Source of the DNA: Felis catus
Lineage: Eukaryota
Reading direction: 5' to 3'
Length of the DNA: 64,000 nucleotides
Assembly (NCBI RefSeq): GCF_018350175.1
Contig: NC_058369.1
Location: forward strand, 26,600,001 to 26,664,000
Shown piece after piece: positions 12,854 through 24,513 of this stretch (positions within the stretch are counted from its first letter, which is position 1; each line of letters opens with the position of its first letter). The notes beneath the pieces are model-generated. The model had not been told where the DNA came from. It saw only the letters and a program-made list of their open reading frames with translations, and ran no database searches. The position numbers were made by a program, and so were the translations under genes.

Positions 12854-13519
12854 AGAGCCTTATTAGGGAACAACAAAACAAAACAAAAAACAAACCCCAA
12901 ACACTGACTTTAGAAAAGAAAAGTTTCTGAAACTTTCCTTTCTTGGATGTGAGTGTATCCTGGGTCAGTTACAGTTTCATCATGAAAAGCAGGGAAGGTA
13001 TAGGGCATATGAAGGAGCCGAGGTTGACTCCCCAGATCCCAGCTTGGTTCTTTTTATTAGTTGTGGAGCTGAAAGCTGAATCCTACAACACCACATTTCC
13101 TGATATTTTCACTCCTTTGAACATGCGAGTTTAACTCAAGAGAAGAAATGCTTCGGGTCCTGTTAAACTTACACACTATCTGTTGTGTTATGAATTGAAG
13201 GGTGCATTTCAGAAAAAGTGGAGGACTGACTATAAATGATCTTTTAGTGCCAACTGAAAGGTGGTAGCTGAGGGTGCCAGGTTACTATAGAAACACCAGG
13301 GGGATGAGACAAATTAGGCCTTGTGGAGAAGAAGCAGATTTTTGAAATGATACCCTGTATGCCTTGTCTGACATTTTCCTTCACAAAATGTGTAGATAAT
13401 AGGAAGGAATGCTCCTAATATGCAAAAATATCAATAATCTTAAAAAGTATTTAGATATAGATAGTAAATTTCTCAATGACTAGAAAAAAAAATTTTAACA
13501 CCCCCCTTCCCCCCCCCCT

Positions 13520-13729
13520 TTTTTTTAAATGTTTATTTATCTTTGAGAGGGAGGGAGATACAGAGCATGAGCAGGAGAGGGGCAGAGAGAGGGAGACACA
13601 GAATCCGAAGCAGGCTCCAGGCTCCGAGTTGTCAGCACAGAACCCGACGTGGGGCTCAAACTCACGAACCCTGAGATCATGACCTGAGCCGAAGTTGGAT
13701 GCTTAACTGACTGAGCCATCAAAGTGCTC
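13520..13729 (-). mobile_element. CanSINE
   Basis: Typical body; short TSD ttaaca. Confidence 0.93.
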
Positions 13730-13899
13730 TTAACATAGACTCTTTTTTTTTTTAAGTGTAAAATGCAACAAATAAACAGAGAAAATATTTCTCAAGCTGC
13801 AGCCATAGAGATAGCACCTAATCAGGAAGCAAGGGGTCACGATGAACAACTTCCTTCTATTCATAAGCATACAGATCCCAGCCACCATAAGAGCCATGG

Positions 13900-14110
13900 C
13901 TGGTCTGTAGTGTTGCCCACAGCCAAGTCATGGGATTTGATATCAGCCAGTCTGAGAGATCCTTGTGTATTAACTCTGGGGAGCTCTCGAACCTGTGTCT
14001 CAGTTTCCTAATTTGTAAAGTGGGCAAATGCCTATCTCAAAGAGTTGTCAAGAGCATTAAATGAGATGCTTGGGAACACAGTGAGAGCTCAATAAGTGGT
14101 TGTAGTGATG
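13900..14110 (+). mobile_element. MIR SINE
   Basis: ctcagtttcctaatttgtaaagtggg...attaaatgagat...ctcaataagtgg. Confidence 0.7.
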
Positions 14111-14578
14111 ACAGCATAGATGGTGAGGACAATTGCCAAGGAAGATATCTGCACCCCATGATAATGGAATTTCTGGGTCAGAATAAAGTACTGAGTAGGG
14201 TCATAGTCCAAAGCCTATCCTAATGGATCCTTAGATTAAATGAAAAAAAGGGGATAGTTTTCCCTTTGCTTTGTAATCTGATAGTATTTGTCAAATTTAA
14301 GTCAGTAGAAATGCCTTCAGAATACCATAAGAATGCATTTTAAAACCACAGAGTTTTTGCATATAAACCAGAAGCAGTAATTGTTATGATAAAGATGTAG
14401 ATGTAGGTGGTTATGGAGTGTGATCATGTGGCAGAGTGACACCAGAGCCTCAGGTGGACTAGGATGAATCAAAGGATGCTTTAAATGCCCTTTATCCCTT
14501 CATATGGATGAAGTTATAACTTCCAGAAAGCATTATAAGAAATTTACCGTACCCACTGTTTTAGAGGCTGATGGATAC

Positions 14579-14580
14579 TT

Positions 14581-14615
<35 letters not shown>

Positions 14616-14658
14616 TTCATTTATTCATTTATTCATTTATTTATTTATTATTTTTTTT
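14579..14658. repeat. (TTTA)n/(TTCA)n simple repeat
   Basis: Directly visible. Confidence 0.9.
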
Positions 14659-15519
14659 AACTTATAGCTCAGTATTTGGAAATAGGAATAAAACCCAATG
14701 GTGCTGGAATTAGCAGGAGAGTAAAGACAAGAGGAAAATGGCTTCTCTCGCTAATGGGTTTCTAACACCCAACATGGCATGAAAGCCATGGTGAAAACAG
14801 CCACCAATGGTGGGGGGGGTGTGAATTTCCCTTTTCTTCTCCATGGTTGAAGGCAGCAAATGTCATCAAAAGGATGGGAAACTGGGTTTTGAAGAAGTTG
14901 ATATTTCTTTGGTGGACTGTTCTGTGTCTATAATTTGTGATAAAGTTCTAGACAGAAATGTGGGGAGAGACATTTGTAGATGATGGCTGACTTTCCAAAT
15001 AGCAATGAAAGGAAAAGCTGGAGTGAATATTTCTGTAATTTCTTCACATAATTCACTCAAATATTAGAAAAACTTCACTAATGTAGCCTAAGGAGAAGAA
15101 TGCCAGACTGAAATTATATAAAATCTGGATTACAGACTCTATTTAAACAAATATAGTTTAATTATTTCAAATACTTTTCATATGTCTCAAGATACAAGAT
15201 GTATTAATAGGTAAAATGAGAGAGTTAGAAAGACTGCTTGGAATAATCTATACCATGACGAGTAAAAGTAAAAACCTTTAACATACAGGAGTTGCTTGGC
15301 TTGGAATTGATCATTTGTGAAGTCTTTATTTTGAAAAGGAGCTGTTGATTTGGGAGGAGGAAGACTCCAGAAATTCATAGGAGAGTCAATTATTGCAACC
15401 ATATGGGTCAGACCCAAGTTATTACAGATATTGAATGAATACAGGTTTGAAGACTTGCTGGAGTGTCCATTTTCCAATGACAGGTACGTACCCCAGGCGT
15501 TAAATCTGTAATCAGTGTT

Positions 15520-15709
15520 GGGGTGTGTGGGTGGCTCAGTTGGTCAAGCGTCTGACCCTTGATTTTGGCTCAGGTCATGATCTCACAGTTGGTGGGATCC
15601 AGCCCTGTATCGCTCTCTGCACTGACAGCATGGAGCCTGCTTGGGATTCTCTCTCTCTCTTTCTCCCTCTCTGCCCCTGCCTCCCTCAAAATAAATAAAT
15701 AAACCTAAA
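15520..15709 (+). mobile_element. CanSINE with TSD AAATCTGTAAT(C/G)AGTGT
   Basis: 17-bp TSD at 15502-15518 and 15710-15726. Confidence 0.94.
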
Positions 15710-15925
15710 AAATCTGTAATGAGTGTCAGTGCTATTTCCCCCAATTCTTAGGAAATTAGTTTTCTTTATGGCTTATTGCATGAAGCTAATGCTCCTGTTC
15801 TTTCAGAGTACTGATAAAACATTTTTTTTTAAATGTAGTCTTGTAACAACATACAAAATTCTAGCTTACATACATGAAAGTATATATGTACCATTCACAC
15901 CATTCATACCTTTTTCATAGGTACC

Positions 15926-15926
<1 letters not shown>

Positions 15927-15957
<31 letters not shown>

Positions 15958-16182
15958 TAAAGTTCATTTATTTATTTTGAGACAGAGAGAGTGCACGTAT
16001 GTACACGAGCTGAGTAGAGGCAGAGAGAGAGAGAGAGACAGAGAGACAGAGAGAAGAGAAAGAGAATCCCAAGCAGACACTGGGCTCCCCTGACTTAGGG
16101 CTTGATCCCATGAACCGTGAGGTAACCTGAACCAAAATCAACAGTCGACACCTAACTGACTGAGCCACCACCTAGGTGCCCC
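15927..16182 (-). mobile_element. CanSINE with (TAGA)n tail
   Basis: TSD aggtacct; tail converted to a tetranucleotide repeat. Confidence 0.92.
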
Positions 16183-18873
16183 TGAGGTACCTCATTTATT
16201 TGCCTCTTGTATGTCTCTATGTTTTCCCAATTGCTAGGGTCAAATAGTCCTTTAAGATTCCAAAAAAATTTAAAAAATTAAAAAATAAATAAAAAAAACA
16301 ACCTCCAAAACTAACCCATAGTTTCATCCCATTCACATTCTGCAAAGATCTTTGGGCAGAGGGTCTAGAGTCTTCCAAGTCCCATCTCTGACTTGATAGG
16401 AGGCGTTCTGGTTTCTTGACCCTCATCCCTTCCTCTTCTCTCCCTCTCTGTTCTGCACATATCATTCCATGATACAGCAATTGTCTTAATTCCTTCATAG
16501 CACAAAATACCTCCCATTCAAGGCTGTGTACAGAAACAGACCTTACAAAAGATGTATGACTCTTAAGGGAGAGATATAAGCACATCTTTAAATTCCCAGG
16601 GCTTCTCCTGTAGTCTCATATTTAAAGATATGCCATATACATAGGAGAGTGGAAAACCACTGCTCTACATCTTTGCTCAGATTGGGAAAAATTGCTATTT
16701 TTATATGAAAGAAAAATACATCTGACTCACTAGGAGCTACTATAAATGGAAAGACTCCAAAACTTCTTCACAGTATTTAACTTAATGGTACCAATTCCTG
16801 AATGGTTTTGTGAACTGATGGATTGTAGTTATAAAATACACACTCAGACATACGCACACATGTAATTCAATAGCCTAAGGCAGAGGCTCCAATCACACAT
16901 AGTCACTCGACATTCTTCCTTTGATTTGGAAACTGGAACCCAGATACATTCATTAACATAAGATATAATCTGAGCCAGGAAAGAGAATGAGGGGTTTAGC
17001 CTGATATGTATACTAGTCAGAGTGAAGAAAGCAAAACAAAACAAGCTATATTTTCCATTCTAGGGGTCATCAACCACATGAGGCTAAAGCAAGTTGTTAG
17101 AAGATTATTGGATTGCCCACAGATGAAATCCATCAAGTGATGGTTAGTTTGTTGATTGAAACTGTTGAATGTCACTGACACCACATGCCCTTGGGAATCT
17201 TCAAACTGCTCATTCTGGCACCACAGGAAGTAAAGAGGAGAGGTAAAAACAAGAAATGAGAATGGGTTAGGCCAGAGGGTCTCAGCCTTGACTTCTCTGA
17301 AACACTGCCATGCCTGGGTCACAACCCAGGTCAGGGAGGAAGGAATCTCTGGGGCTGGACCCAGGCAGAGCATTTTTCCTACTCCCAAGATGATGCAACG
17401 TGCAGATGGTTGAGTTTTCAGATAAGCCTGAAATCGTCAATTGGCCAAACATGGAAAGGGATCTCAGAAATTATGAGAATGCAGTCAGTGATATCCCTCT
17501 GAAATTAAGGCTGTAGACATTAACAGGGAGCTGCATATGCTGATCAGAGCAAATTGTAACCGGAATCTCTGGAATTCTTTTTTTGTTTATCTGGACAGTG
17601 AAGCATTGGTAGATCCTTAACATTTAGCCAGCAAAAGAAGCCATGATTTTTTTTTTCTTAAATCAAATTTATTTTGATAATGGCAGATGTTCTTGAAAAG
17701 TACCTGATCTAAAGGATTAAAACCTTTTGATATAAATGAATTCAAAGGGGTTATAAGTATATTGTGCAGACCTAGGTACCTAGATGAATTTTAGAAATAT
17801 TTAGATATCAGAAGTCAAAGAAAAGACAAGAATTAGGGGTCAAAAGACATTCTGCTTACTAGAATTAGCCCACAAGAAGAGGCTATGAATTTCTTTGACC
17901 AGTCAAAAGGTTTTAAAAGAAAAGAAAAGCTCTTTTCAACTGACTTGGCTAAGAGGTTGGTAAGTTTCCAGGGTTTGAAATGTATGAAGCACTTTTGCAT
18001 GTAGTAGGAAAACCAAAGGGTGAAATTTTGATTGATTTTAATTAAGATAATCTTGAGTTTAGGAAGCTGTAAAGCAAAACTGGAAATGGTTTCATCCCAT
18101 CTCATGATTTATTTATAGATTATTAAAACTCATCATTAATAGAAATTATATTTCAGAATGGCATATTATCAGAAATAAACAAAGAGTGATTTTCCTCCTG
18201 GACTTCTTAAGCCAGATATGCCTAGATGATTTGGCTTAGCTCAGTGATTAAGGTCTCAGGGGCAACCTCCCCACCACTACTATGCTTTTGCAAGTATCCT
18301 TTACAGCAAATAAAGATAATGTTTTCTGATGTAGAGACTAAAACATTGGCAATACTTATTACTATTAGGATCAAGTTTATATGCTTAAATCTTGCCAGGT
18401 TCAGCACCAACATTGACAATGATAAGTTGGGCTGATGAAAACCAATCAATACCATTTCCCACACTTCACTTCTGTAATGCTTCACAGAGTTACAGGTGAT
18501 TAACTACAGAAGAATATGGCATCAGTAAAAATTAGTGTTATCTTGGCCAGTGTTTATTGGTTATTTAATTCTTATAAGTCAAATTATTTTGACTTAATGT
18601 GATTTTAAATTATATTAAAGCCACACAAACCAGAACCAAAATATTCATTAATATGTAGAGCTCCAATATTCATGATGAATGGACTTTAACTTAGATTTAT
18701 CCTTTGTCGTAAGTTAACTGTATTACCTATGGTTATAACTTTGTATAATTTAAAACATGAGAAAGAAAATTTCTTCATCTTAGGTGACCAAAGTTTCTGA
18801 CTTAAACAAAGTTCAGGCGTCAGCATACCTTGTTTTAGATAAAAAGTGAGTGTCAAGAATAATCCTATTGTGT

Positions 18874-19078
18874 GGGGTGCCTGGATGGCTCAGTTGGTTA
18901 AGTGTCTGACTTTGGCTCAGGTAATGATCTCACTGTTCGTGGGTTCAAGCCCCGCATCTGTGCTGACAGCACAGAGCCTGCTTGGGGTTCTGTGTGTGTC
19001 TCTCTCTGCCTCTCCCCCACTCTCGCTCTGTCTCTCTCAAAAATAAATAAACATTAAGAAATTTTTAAAATAAAAAAA
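18874..19078 (+). mobile_element. CanSINE with TSD AATCCTAT(T/A)GTGT
   Basis: Head, CT tract, tail and TSD. Confidence 0.94.
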
Positions 19079-19878
19079 AATCCTATAGTGTGGTCAGGGA
19101 TCTGTATGAAATATTGGCGCAAAACAGAAACAAAAAACAAAAAACCCACTGCTACCACCAAACAACACACACACACACTCTACCAACCAACCCACCAACT
19201 CTGGGAGACACATTTCTGGGTGTTGTGTTGGAGGTCAGGGCTCACAGGCCTGGAGAGGTGGAGAGGTGATCTTTTGCAGCATTTCACAAAGGAGGTTCTG
19301 TGGGTAGATAAACCTCTTCAGATAATCTACCGCAAAAAAGAAATTTGAGAAGTGCTACCTATTCTACTCCTTGGACATTCCCCCTGCATGTTAATTTATT
19401 AAAGCCATTGAGAACTTCTCCAGTTAAGACAAATGGCCATTTCTGCTTCTTTAGCATTGGATAGTATTATCCAACAGTGTTTGACCATGGGCTTCTTCCT
19501 CAAGCCCATAAAGTTTATTAACATTGAATAGAATTTGTTTCTTGAAACACACTTTGGGAAATGCTGATCCTTGAAGTATAAAGGCTGACAATGGAGGGAA
19601 GAAAGGATCTGCACAGAGCAAAAGAGACGAGACCAGAGAGCGCAAGCTTCAGTTGCCAGAGAGCACTAGGGCCCACTGTATAGTCTGTGATGCCCATCTC
19701 ACTCTGTCATTTGAATCCTCATCTTAATTCCCTCAGGGTGGAAATAGAATTGGGTTGGAAGTGAGGAGTCATAGATTCCATTCTCCCTTCTGCAACTGAG
19801 TGTCTCTGGATAATTAACTTCTCAATCTGAGTCTCACTTCTCTCCATCATAAAATCAGAGTTTAAAGAAATCATCTCA

Positions 19879-20113
19879 GGGGCGCCTGGATGGCACAGTC
19901 TGTTAAGCGTCCAACTCTTGATTTTGGCTCAGGTCACGATCTTGCAGTTTCGCGAGTTCAAGTCCCACAGTGCTGGGATCTGCACTGACAGTGTGGAGTC
20001 AGCTTGGGAGTCTCACTCTCTCTCTCTCTCTCTCTTTCTGTCCCTCTTCTCCTCTCCTGCTGTGCTCTCTCACTCTCTCTCAAAAAATAAAAAAAATAAA
20101 CATTAAAAAAAAT
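19879..20113 (+). mobile_element. CanSINE
   Basis: Head ggggcgcctggatggc; imperfect TSD gaaatcatct/gaaataatct. Confidence 0.93.
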
Positions 20114-21129
20114 AAGGAAATAATCTTGATTATTCTATCTAGGCCCAATTAGATGATTCTACCTCAACTATTATAACGGGAGAAAAAGAGAAGATAGGAT
20201 TTGCTTGGATTCTCTCCATGACCAACTTTTCTGGAGTGCAAAAGGAACCATGTATGAAATAGAAATCCTATAGTACAACCATATGTGGATAGATGATTCC
20301 TATTCCTTCTTATTCTGGGTGTTGTGATTGAAGGTTAAGAGTCACAGGACAACCTGGGCTAAAGCTAGTTTTAGTACTGTACTCACTGTCATTCAACAGT
20401 TTCCACCCCCATCTCCCCCCCCAAAAAAACCAACCAGTCCAGAGACTTTCAGCAGCTCAATCTTTAATTAAAGCCAAAGGGCAAATTTAAAATTAGTTCT
20501 TTTAATTAATCGTCCTTCAGGTTGTACAATCAGTGATTGCACTATTCTTGGTTATTAAGCACAGTTTGCTCTTCAAAAAAAATCAAGATGTGATTGAAAT
20601 GACTGATTTAAAATGAAGCTAATCTAAAAATATGGAGAAATACAACAGGGCAAATTATTATGCAAAAGTGTCTATGCATTTGGATATGCCAGTGTTTTCC
20701 TTTAATATAAAATAAAATAAAATTAATTGGAGAGAGAAGTTATCATCACCAGGGAAGCTAAATCATCGATCTGATGCCAGTTATTAGCTGACTGTTGTTT
20801 TTCCATAATTCTCATTACCTGGGCTCTGTAATTAAATAATAATTTAGAGACTGAAGACTTAAAGTCGCTTGCAAGTTGCATCCCAAATTATATGAAACAA
20901 ACTGAGTCAGTCCCCAAACTTATATCAAATTATCTTAGGATGTATTTTCATAGTGAATAAAACTGTTTTCTCAGGATCCCTTTGTAATAGTCATTTTCAG
21001 ATATAATGCTCAGTACACATTTAATTAGAAAGGTAGAGATCAAGGTCTTGAAAATGGAAATTAATGGATTCTTCCCCATCGATACGTCTGCCATCAGGCA
21101 AAACTTCCACCCGCTCTTCATGCTGGATC

Positions 21130-21304
21130 TGATCTTCTCAAGCATTATGACACATTAGACTTGCCAGAGGAGGCTTTAAAAATTTCCAATGCCCAGGTTG
21201 CACTTGTGACCAATCAAATCAGACTCACTGGTGGTGGTGAGGCCTCAAAATTTTTATAAACTTCCCAGGAGATTCTAATGTGCAGCAAAATTTGATGACC
21301 AGTG
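21130..21304. mobile_element. MER5-like hAT-Charlie MITE
   Basis: ttctcaa...aaatcagactc...ccaggagattctaatgtgcagc. Confidence 0.7.
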
Positions 21305-22004
21305 AAGCAGTATAGTCCAGTCAGTGAATTTCCAAGTTAACTGGCTGTACCATTTTGGTTCAAAATTAGCAGCATGAAGCCCATCTGTTTTTATTTTTCA
21401 ACTCTTCAACTTTTCTGGAGCATAAAAACCACCTCAACAGAAATGAAGCTGCTCCTTTAAAAAAGGACAAATAAAATGTAAAAATTGGATACTAACAGTT
21501 TGTGGTAGATACATTTTGGAGTGTCCACTTGGTTCATGAGAAACTCTTTAGCTGCCTTCCTCTCTCCATCCACACCAGAGGGTTCTGGTGGCCATTGGAC
21601 CAAACAGGCAACTTTAATAACCAAGTCTGGGATTTTTGAATTGAAATGCAGAGTTCATATTTCTTTGTGGATGGATGTATGTGCTGTGGAATGGCTGAAT
21701 GTTCTGGAAGGTGAACAGTAGCTTAGAATTATGGGGAGAGAGAATTCGTTTTGCAAACAAGTCAGAGGCAATGCTTCTAGACTCCCAAAGTAGACATCTG
21801 TTGTTTTTGCTTGCTTGACATCCCTCCTCATTTTGTTAACAATGCCTTCTTCTTCAGGGGCCTCTCATTCCTATCCCATGTGGCCCTGGGGATAACTGAC
21901 AAGACAAGCCTACTAGCCTCTTGCTCCTGGAGCAGAGACTCAGGGCAAAAAAAAGCTGCACTGTCATTTTTGTGACCATTGTTGGGAGAAATGGTTAGCT
22001 CCCT

Positions 22005-22060
22005 GGATCCCTGGAGGGATCCCTGGAGCTATAGGATCCCTGGAGCTGCCCGGATTCCTG
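22005..22060. repeat. Short imperfect tandem repeat of GGATCCCTGGAG (3-4 units)
   Basis: Directly visible. Confidence 0.75.
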
Positions 22061-23191
22061 TGCCTCCTGGGGCCTGACCAACAAGTCTCTATATTCTGAG
22101 ATCAAAGGTGCTTGCAATTTAAGAATCCCAACACAGATTTTTAGGTCGTAGCTCAAATCAATGTGGAGGTTTGCAGCATTCTGTTTTGGGGTTCATGAGG
22201 CACTCTTGCATCCTTAAGTATTGTTAGTTCATGGTGTTTTCGATATTTGTAACTACAAGTCTTAACTGGCACAGACCTTTAATTGACTCCATTTATGCGG
22301 ATGGTCTTGAAACTGGCTAAAGCAGGATCAAGGCTCTCCAGGTTCTCCAATCTTCAAGGTCATAACCAAGATAGCCGAACTATTTTATCATCTTGTATGC
22401 TTTCTGAAGCCTCAGTTATTTGTTTGCATTTTGTAAGTATGAACATCTTGGAGAAAAATTCATAACAAAGGTATACTTTGTGAACAATAGGATTAAAAGC
22501 TTATCAAACAGAAACATGGTTTTAAATAATGTATGATCCTTTGAACAGGAGCCCGAATCTATTCCTGAATAAAGAGCTCTTATTTCCTCTATCAAGCAAC
22601 ATTAAATGAAATTATAGTACTGCCATTAAATCCAATTGTACACCAATAATTTTTCATTTCCAATGGTACTCTTCTTTATTAAAAAATCTTTATTAAGTAA
22701 CAAAATATTCCAGCTAATATAAGTACTTCCTTGTGCTTAGTAATAATATACTTGGCACACAATTCGAGGCCATCTCCTCAAATTCAGGAAGCACGTGATT
22801 TTTGCCTTGTGGCACAGCAAGTAAAGTTATAGTGATCGCTTCCTCCATTTCTCCAGGCCAAGTCGCAGAAGCAGTGAGGTGTGTAGGGTGTTCAAATGGA
22901 TGGCTTCTTAAATCTGGATCCATGGAGCTAGATTTGAGTATTATTAGAATTCAGAGATCATTGGTAAAAACATTTTTTAGAAAAAGCACAGCACAGAGCT
23001 AGGCAGCTTACGTGATTAACAATGTTGTGATCTTTGGCAAACTCTGGATGAACCTTTATGTGATCATAAAATCTGACCAGTGCACAGTGTTTCCTTTTCT
23101 AAGAGTCTAAGGGAAGGGTAAACATTATCTTGGAATATTCTGGTAAAAATGCAAGGTAAATAAAAGGAGGCAGTTTAAAAGACCATCATAC

Positions 23192-23197
23192 TTTATT
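23192..23197 (-). terminator. Polyadenylation signal AATAAA (distal, probably the main one)
   Basis: Plus-strand tttatt; downstream minus-strand sequence is U-rich (ccttttatttaccttgcattttt). Confidence 0.6.
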
Positions 23198-23506
23198 TTT
23201 AATACAAATAGGTAATAAAACAAAAGGTACCCAGATATCTTTTAAACAAGAATACATTTTCTGTGTATCAAGCCATCATTTACAGATTAACACTGCAAAA
23301 ATTTTGAATTAATAGCTCTTAATTTGTTTCCATAAGATTATAGGAGATAAAAAAAATCCTATGTAGGATGAGAACGAACAAACAAGAACCAATTCGAAGT
23401 CCTAAAATCTTGTCTCTGTATTAATTGCTTCGCTGACAAAAAGATCACACGCATCTACAACAAAAGCGTAGGCATCCTTAACGTCGAACGTTATTTACAG
23501 AATAAC

Positions 23507-23512
23507 TTTATT
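23507..23512 (-). terminator. Proximal polyadenylation signal AATAAA
   Basis: Plus-strand tttatt about 120 nt after the stop codon. Confidence 0.4.
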
Positions 23513-23631
23513 TCTCTCAGTTACGTTGGATTCCATGGGCCTGCCAGGCTCTGTGGTGCCCACGCAGCAGAGTCACAAGCGCTCTCCTGCTCGCCAGGCA
23601 GGCTGGGGGATCTTGGCTCTGGAGGGAGGCC

Positions 23632-23750
23632 TCACACCAGCTCATAGTACTTCCCTGTCTGGGGATCAAAGTAACAGTTCAGACAGGGGTCATAGAGCAG
23701 AGTCAGCACTTCCTCGTCCTCTTCCACTTCCACGCTCGGATCTTCTTCAC
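23632..23750 (-). CDS. CFAP20DC: Last coding exon of CFAP20DC: (G)[38 protein letters not shown]
   Basis: Acceptor cccgtccccatAG|GTGAAGAA, CTAAC branch site upstream, TGA at 23632-23634. The C-terminus matches the recalled CFAP20DC/C3orf67 terminus and is the 3' part of ORF 23632..24231. Confidence 0.95.
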
Positions 23751-23775
23751 CTATGGGGACGGGAACCACAGACAC

Positions 23776-23780
23776 GTTAG
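23776..23780 (-). promoter_or_regulatory. Splice branch point CTAAC for the last exon
   Basis: Consensus CTAAC with the branch A at -27 from the 3' splice site. Confidence 0.6.
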
Positions 23781-24310
23781 CTGCCTGCATGGACAGGAAT
23801 TCCTGAACTGAAAGGGCAGAAGGGCCAGGAGGAGGGAACCTCCATCCCTCCCGGGAGATGCTCTTTCTGTGGGCAGAATGGCAAGGCCTGAGCCGTGGGA
23901 GTGCACCGCAGGCCTGTGGACTCGGTACTGCAGCGTGAGACTGACCAGCTTCTCTGTGAAGGACAAGAAAAGTTGAGCGTGGAGAACTGGCGGGGAGGGA
24001 GACAAGAAAGCGGCGGGGCCGAGGGACTAAAGGGATCAGGGGTATATGGGTGGGAGTCAAGACTTGGGGGTGACAGTTCCAGACTTCATCATGGGTCAGA
24101 GCTGTGTGGATGCACCCTAAAAATGCTACCAAATAAGCCTGAATTAAAGTGATAATGTTGTTTAGTATGGAACACATATGGAAAATTGTCGGGTGATGAG
24201 TAATTTTATTAGTGGTAGGAAGGTCTTTCAAGTTTGCTGGTCACAAAGACATGGCTTCACGTTCGTCCCTTGTGTCAGCCAATTAGATGGTTTGGAGGAA
24301 CTCCTGTTCT

Positions 24311-24513
24311 TTATTATTATTTTTTAAATGTTTATTTTTGAGAAAGAGAGAGAGCACAAGTGGGAAAGTAGCAGAGAGAGGGGAGACAAAGGGTCCAAAG
24401 TGGGCTCTGTGCTGACAGCAATGAGCCCCACGTGGGGCTTGAATTCATGAACTGTGAAATCATGACCTGAACCAAAGCCAGATGCTCAACCGACTGAGCC
24501 ACCCAGGTGCCCC
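24311..24513 (-). mobile_element. CanSINE
   Basis: Typical body and tail. Confidence 0.93.

Larger units (their letters stand above)
7570..17580 (+). mobile_element. Highly decayed ORF2 (APE endonuclease, RT and C-terminal region) of a Tx1/L1-clade non-LTR retrotransposon, split by later insertions
   Basis: Collinear degenerate motifs: GGRLF 7677, DDFNTV 7806, LTINDLL..RVPG 13226-13282, LND*K.ILT 13472-13500, PLLCNLIV 14263, RVFAY 14350, ASG..MN 14447, QYLEI 14670, MVKTATNGGGGVNFP 14788, AWNN 15236, VAWL 15291, FLYGL 15761, W..QISLKSSI 17407. Confidence 0.6.
23170..23631 (-). other. CFAP20DC: CFAP20DC 3' UTR (end approximate)
   Basis: Follows the stop codon; repeat-free; AATAAA at 23192-23197 followed by a U-rich downstream element on the minus strand. 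Confidence 0.65.

Noticed and set aside
14770..14950. CR1-like QHG...VDI..D.S...DKV reading
   Set aside because: Spacing is wrong for CR1, and the same stretch fits better as the post-RT part of the Tx1-like fossil.
23632..24231. 199-aa ORF as a standalone gene
   Set aside because: Only the last 119 nt are exonic. A branch point and acceptor at 23751 explain it, and the upstream part is intron that happens to be open.
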